From positions 44 to 64,043 of the forward strand of contig CAYIDD010000005.1 in NCBI GenBank assembly GCA_964362175.1: DNA of 64,000 bases, in the 5' to 3' direction. Position numbers and translations under genes: made by a program. Origin of the DNA: an uncultured Candidatus Saccharibacteria bacterium. GTDB taxonomy: Bacteria > Patescibacteriota > Minisyncoccia > Phycocordibacterales > UBA2100. Every line of letters begins with the position of its first letter. Position 1 is the stretch's first letter. Shown here piece after piece: positions 59,217 through 64,000 of the stretch. Below the pieces are notes generated by a model. It saw only the letters and a program-made list of their open reading frames with translations. It had not been told where the DNA came from and ran no database searches.

Positions 59217-61388
59217 CTACTTTGACGCTTTCAACTTGTGCGGGTTGTGATTCGGACAGGTCTTGTTGGAACAACGTTCGGGGATCGTTTTCGTGCCCTC
59301 CATCATGAGCGAGCCGCACATGTCGCACATCTTTCCGGTAGGCCGCGCCTTGATGGCGTTTTTGCATTCGGGATAATTCGAGCAGGAAAAGAAGATGCCA
59401 AATCGTCCGCGACGCTCTATCATCTCCCCCTTTTTGCATGTGGGGCAGGTAACGCCGGTCTTTCCTTTTGCCTCTTCGATCGGATCCTTCCGCACGTATT
59501 TGCACTTCGGGTAATTCGAGCAGGCGATGAATCTGCCAAAACGCCCCTCCCGTTCCATCAGTTTTCCGTCTTTGCACTCCGGACACGCTTCGCCAATATC
59601 TTTAGGTGGCGCGATCTCGCTGCCATCCTCTTTTCGAGCGCCGAGGCATGTGGGGAAATTTGCACAACTCATAAAGCGTCCCGTCTTTGAAAGCTTGTAT
59701 ACCATCGGACCGCCACAGAGCGGGCAGAGGAATTCTTTCGGTACATCGCCCATATTGGTAATTTTTTCTATTTTGTTCTTGCTTTTAATCGCTTTGTTGA
59801 AGGGGCCGTAAAAATCCTTGAGCGTTTTTTCGTATTTGCGTTTTCCCTCGGCGATCTCGTCGAGCTCATTCTCCATTTCCGCGGTGAAGGTGTCGCTGAT
59901 GTATTCGGCGAAATTTCCCTCGATAAATGTAGAAACGACGTCGCCGGTCGCTGTGGGAAGAAGCGTGCGCCCCTGTTTTTCCACATACCCGCGGGTTTCA
60001 AGCGTGCGGATAATGGCGGCGTAGGTGGAAGGGCGGCCGATGCCGCGCTTTTCAAGCTCCTTCACAAGCCCTGCCTCCGAGTAGCGAGCGGGTGGTTGTG
60101 TTTGTTTTTCTTCGGATCGGGCCTCAACCAGCGCAAGCGCCTCGTCCCTCTCAACCTTTGGAAGCTGTACATCCTCTCCCCGTGCATCGGGGTCGGCCGC
60201 AAGCCACCCATCGAAGATCACACGCGAACCATTCGCAGCAAAATCGGGAATGGATGATCCGGAGACGTTCGCAAATACCTTTGTGCGCAGCATGCGTGCA
60301 TCGGCCATCTGGCTTGCGAGCGCGCGAGCGCATATCAATTGATAGAGTTTTTTCTGCTCTTCATTGTGACCAGCGCTGTGTTTCGTGGGGTCAGTGGGGC
60401 GTACCGCCTCGTGCGCCTCCTGTGCGCTCTTGCTTTTGGTCTTATATACGCGCGGAACAGCGTACTTCTCACCAAATTCGCTGCTCACCGCCGCAATGAG
60501 TGCCTCTTGCGCCTCTTTCGCGAGATTGGTGCTGTCGGTGCGCATGTACGTGATATAACCGGATTCGTAGAGTTTTTGCGCGATGCCCATCGTGCGCGAA
60601 GGTGAAAAGCCAAGGCGCGTTGAAGCGGCCTGTTGCAGGGTCGAGGTCGTGAAAGGTGCGCGCGGGGAACGGGCCTGCTCAGACTCTTCAACATCCTTGA
60701 CCTCCCACGATCCGCTTTGTGCCGCTTTCAAAATGCGCTCCGCCTCGCTCTCAGTTTTCGGCTCTTCCGTGCAAGTGACCGTAAACCGTTCGTTCTTTTT
60801 TGTCTTTACGTCCGCGCTTACCACCCAGAAATTTTCCGGAACGAACGCGCGTATCTCCCGTTCGCGTTCCATGAGGATCCGAAGCGCGGGAGATTGTACG
60901 CGGCCAGCCGAGAGTCCATAGCGCACTTTTTTCCAGATGAGACCCGAGAGGTCGTAGCCGAAAAGTCGGTCCAGGACGCGCCGTGCTTCCTGTGCCCGTA
61001 CGAGCTCCACATCTATCTTTCGGGGATGGGCGAGCGCTTCCTGAACGGCCTTCTCGGTGATCTCATGAAATACGATACGTTTTGGTTTTTTGAGCCCGAT
61101 CGTTTCCGCCAAATGCCATGCAATAGCCTCGCCTTCGCGATCGGGGTCGGTCGCGAGAATGACCTCGTCGGCACGTTTCGCGACCGTGTGGAGCTCATCG
61201 ATGATCTTCTGCTTCTCCTTTACGATGAGGTAGCGGGGTACAAATCCCGCCGCCACGTCGACGGCGTCTTTGTTGCTTTTGGGGAGATCGCGAACGTGGC
61301 CCACCGATGCGCGCACGGTAAAACCCTTACCGAGATATTTCTCGATGGTCTTCGCTTTCGCTGGCGATTCAACAATTACAAGCTTCAT
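59217..61388 (-). CDS. topA: DNA topoisomerase I
   Basis: VESPAKAK, DPDREGE, SAGRVQ, ITYMRTDS and C-terminal zinc ribbons. Confidence 0.97.
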   Translation of the reverse strand: MKLVIVESPAKAKTIEKYLGKGFTVRASVGHVRDLPKSNKDAVDVAAGFVPRYLIVKEKQKIIDELHTVAKRADEVILATDPDREGEAIAWHLAETIGLKKPKRIVFHEITEKAVQEALAHPRKIDVELVRAQEARRVLDRLFGYDLSGLIWKKVRYGLSAGRVQSPALRILMEREREIRAFVPENFWVVSADVKTKKNERFTVTCTEEPKTESEAERILKAAQSGSWEVKDVEESEQARSPRAPFTTSTLQQAASTRLGFSPSRTMGIAQKLYESGYITYMRTDSTNLAKEAQEALIAAVSSEFGEKYAVPRVYKTKSKSAQEAHEAVRPTDPTKHSAGHNEEQKKLYQLICARALASQMADARMLRTKVFANVSGSSIPDFAANGSRVIFDGWLAADPDARGEDVQLPKVERDEALALVEARSEEKQTQPPARYSEAGLVKELEKRGIGRPSTYAAIIRTLETRGYVEKQGRTLLPTATGDVVSTFIEGNFAEYISDTFTAEMENELDEIAEGKRKYEKTLKDFYGPFNKAIKSKNKIEKITNMGDVPKEFLCPLCGGPMVYKLSKTGRFMSCANFPTCLGARKEDGSEIAPPKDIGEACPECKDGKLMEREGRFGRFIACSNYPKCKYVRKDPIEEAKGKTGVTCPTCKKGEMIERRGRFGIFFSCSNYPECKNAIKARPTGKMCDMCGSLMMEGTKTIPERCSNKTCPNHNPHKLKASK

Positions 61389-61453
61389 ACAAGTCCGCAT
61401 TGATATCCCAACAGCCTAGCACGTGTCAAGCGCTGTTGTCCGAGGAGGCAAGT

Positions 61454-62320
61454 TTATCGAACTCTCACCACTCCCAATTCTTCTACGATCAACCCTTTAA
61501 TTTCCATCGTCGAAAGCAGCACATTTGCCTCGGTGATGGGGAGGTCAAGTGATGAAATGAGCTCGTCGCGCGGTACCGGAGAGTGAATGATCTCGAAGAC
61601 CCGAAGTTCATCTTCAGACAGATCGTCGCGTAATTCTGAAAGCGACATCGGGCCCTCCCGCTTGGTGATCCCAAGCGCAATTAAAATATCTTCAGGCGAT
61701 GTAACGGCGGTCGCACCGAGCCGGAGGAATTGGTGCGTGCCCTTGCTCTCGGCACTGAAGATGGAGCCGGGGACGACGAGGAGGTCGCGATTGTATTCGG
61801 TCACGAGCTTCGCAGTAATGAGGGAGCCGGATTTTTCTTTTGCTTCAATAATAAGCGTCGCGTGTGATAGCCCCGCCATAATGCGATTGCGTTGGGGGAA
61901 CGTATAGTCAGCCGCTCTTTGGTCAGGCTTGAACTCCGAAAGGAGCGCGCCATCGGCCTTCAGTATTTCGCGTGCGAGTCCCACATTCGCTTTTGGATAA
62001 AGCACATTCCAATCCAAGCCGGAACCGGGTACTGCGATTGTCGTAAGGCCCGCATCAAGCGCGCAACGATGGGCCTCTGCGTCCACCCCATAGGCGAGTC
62101 CGGAGACGACAACGACGGGGTAGCCCCGCAGACCCCCTATCAAATGATGGCAGGCCTGTTTGCCGTAGGTCGTCATCGCGCGGCTCCCAACGACGGCGAG
62201 CCATTTGTGCTCGAAGCGTGGCATTGTTCCGCGAAGGTACAGCTGCTTTGGCGCATCAGGAATTTCCCGCAGGAGCGGGGGAAAGTCAGCGGGAGCAAGG
62301 AGTTTGAGGTCGTCTTCCAT
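61454..62320 (-). CDS. dprA: DNA-processing protein DprA
   Basis: AVVGSR, VSGLAYGVD, FPQRNRI and SGSLIT motifs. Confidence 0.96.
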   Translation of the reverse strand: MEDDLKLLAPADFPPLLREIPDAPKQLYLRGTMPRFEHKWLAVVGSRAMTTYGKQACHHLIGGLRGYPVVVVSGLAYGVDAEAHRCALDAGLTTIAVPGSGLDWNVLYPKANVGLAREILKADGALLSEFKPDQRAADYTFPQRNRIMAGLSHATLIIEAKEKSGSLITAKLVTEYNRDLLVVPGSIFSAESKGTHQFLRLGATAVTSPEDILIALGITKREGPMSLSELRDDLSEDELRVFEIIHSPVPRDELISSLDLPITEANVLLSTMEIKGLIVEELGVVRVR

Positions 62321-62340
62321 AGTGGTATGATTTTACCATC

Positions 62341-63615
62341 ATGTTAGACATCAAATTCATCCGAGAGAATAAGGATATTGTCATCGCGGGTGCGAAGAAG
62401 AAACACATCGAAGTTGATATCGAGAGGCTCATCGCGGTAGACGACAAGCGGCGGGAGCTCCAACTCTCCGTAGATCAAAAGCGCGCCGAACAGAACACGG
62501 CGTCGAATGCCATTGCCTCCGCTAAGACCGACGATGAGCGAAGGGAGGTCATCACCCGCATGCAGGGCGTGAAAGAGACGCTGCGTCTCGAGGAGGAGTC
62601 GATGCAGGACGTTATGAAAGAGTGGCGGGCGCTGATGGTGCAGGTGCCCAATGTGCCCGATATGTCTGTGCCGGATGGCGCATCGGATGCCGACAATCAA
62701 GAAGTGCGGACATGGGGGGAGGCGACGAGATTTGATTTCGAGCCAAAAACCCACTCGGAGCTACTCCTCATGCATGACATGGCCGATTATGAACGAGGGG
62801 CGAAGGTCGCGGGATTTCGCGGCTATTTTTTGAAAGACGACGGGGCACGATTGGTGTGGGCGCTTGAGCGTTTTGTGCAAGACAGATTCATGTCACGCGC
62901 GGGATTCACGCCGATGATCGTCCCGTCGCTCGTGCGTCGCGAGTCATTCGTCGGTACCGGATACCTGCCGCAAAGTGAGGACGACCTCTACAAAACGCAG
63001 GATGGGGAATACCTCGCGGGCACCGCGGAGGTTGCCTCGATGGGTCTCTATATGGAGGAAATTCTCGACAAAAAAGACCTGCCTATCAAATTTTTCGCAT
63101 TTTCACCATGCTTCCGGCGCGAAGCGGGGAGTCACGGGAAAGACACGAAGGGAATTTTCCGCATTCATGAGTTCGTAAAATACGAGCAAGTGGTGCTCTG
63201 CGAGGCGAGCCACGAAGAGTCGGTGAAATATCATGAAGAGCTCACGGCAAATTCCGAAGCGCTGCTACAGGAGCTGAAATTGCCGTATCGGGTCGTCGTG
63301 AATTGCGGGGGAGACCTCGGGTTGGGGCAGGTGAAAAAGTACGACATTGAGGCGTGGATGCCGAGCGAAAAACGATATCGGGAGACGCACTCGTCGTCAT
63401 ATTTTCACGACTTCCAAACACGTCGTTTGAACATTCGCTACCGTGGAGACGACGGAACGATCCGGTACGTTCACTCTCTTAACAACACAGCGCTCGCGAT
63501 GCCCCGCATACTCTGTCAGATCGTGGAAAACAATCAGCGCGCCGACGGTTCGATCACTATCCCTGCGGTACTCCAGGGCTACATGGGTAAAGATGTCATT
63601 GGGAAGACTCGTTGA
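62341..63615 (+). CDS. serS: Serine--tRNA ligase
   Basis: MLDIKFIREN, GTAE, FRREAG and HSLNNT motifs. Confidence 0.97.
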   Translation: MLDIKFIRENKDIVIAGAKKKHIEVDIERLIAVDDKRRELQLSVDQKRAEQNTASNAIASAKTDDERREVITRMQGVKETLRLEEESMQDVMKEWRALMVQVPNVPDMSVPDGASDADNQEVRTWGEATRFDFEPKTHSELLLMHDMADYERGAKVAGFRGYFLKDDGARLVWALERFVQDRFMSRAGFTPMIVPSLVRRESFVGTGYLPQSEDDLYKTQDGEYLAGTAEVASMGLYMEEILDKKDLPIKFFAFSPCFRREAGSHGKDTKGIFRIHEFVKYEQVVLCEASHEESVKYHEELTANSEALLQELKLPYRVVVNCGGDLGLGQVKKYDIEAWMPSEKRYRETHSSSYFHDFQTRRLNIRYRGDDGTIRYVHSLNNTALAMPRILCQIVENNQRADGSITIPAVLQGYMGKDVIGKTR

Positions 63616-64000
63616 TCTGCGTCCGGGTAAGAGGGACAAACATGCTTCGCGGACATTGCGGACACTTCCGGTACGTTCGTCTCGCGCACCGGGGGGTTCA
63701 CAGCGACCCCCCTCTCTTCGCGCGAGACGACGGAAAGCCCGCATACTCGTGGCGCTCGGCGCACTGCTTCTTTTTTCGGGTCTTGTGTATGCGGTCAGTT
63801 GGGCGTCGTACCTCCCGTACGTATCCGTACATTCAATTGTGGTCGTTGGCGCCAAGGAAGTTCCCGCGAATATGATCCAACGCCAAGCAGAAACCGTTCT
63901 CAACGACGGCTCTCGCCACTTTTTCTCGCGCACCAACATCTTCATCTATCCGCGCGCGGTGATCGAAAAATCGATCGAGAGTTTTTTCCCCCGCATTGAG
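63593..64000 (+). CDS. FtsQ/DivIB-like protein, truncated by the window end
   Basis: Read manually: basic N-terminus, one TM, then POTRA-like VHSIVVVG...NIFIYP...FPRIE; open to 64000. Confidence 0.65.
   Translation, partial: MSLGRLVDLRPGKRDKHASRTLRTLPVRSSRAPGGSQRPPSLRARRRKARILVALGALLLFSGLVYAVSWASYLPYVSVHSIVVVGAKEVPANMIQRQAETVLNDGSRHFFSRTNIFIYPRAVIEKSIESFFPRIE

Noticed and set aside
1-64000. Alternative genetic code (UGA = Gly), rRNA genes or IS transposases
   Set aside because: Conserved genes such as folE, gyrA and serS end normally at TGA, and no rRNA or transposase sequence was recognised.

Overview
This is a bacterial chromosome segment (standard code, about 55% GC by eye) that looks like Patescibacteria/CPR (Parcubacteria-like). 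That call is an inference from the VirB2-like pilin cluster, a solo PaaX/Cas2-like gene, a degenerate HisRS paralog, fragmentary nucleotide pathways and mostly leaderless genes. The backbone carries housekeeping genes (tsaC, folE, pyrF, pyrE, ftsZ, ftsA, ybeY, lepB, pth, rpsA, gyrA, rbfA, infB, clpB, rpmG, miaA, parB, relA/spoT, topA, dprA, serS), nine tRNAs and an ApbE flavinylation cluster. Two lower-GC islands driven by large serine recombinases are integrated at the 3' ends of tRNA-Glu (about 2600-7691) and tRNA-Lys (about 32775-41017); the second carries a Hachiman HamA/HamB defence system. Four observations stand out. (1) Both islands share a roughly 160-170 nt covarying structured RNA with a built-in terminator/anti-terminator-like switch upstream of small membrane or secreted cargo genes. 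(2) Both recombinase genes appear to contain their own attachment site, so integration swaps their C-terminus and supplies the tRNA CCA end. (3) A family of miniature structured elements sits behind three tRNAs, each with ends matched to the resident tRNA T-arm. (4) The PaaX/Cas2-like gene is bracketed by 40-bp palindromic direct repeats. All calls were made by reading the sequence; no database searches were run.
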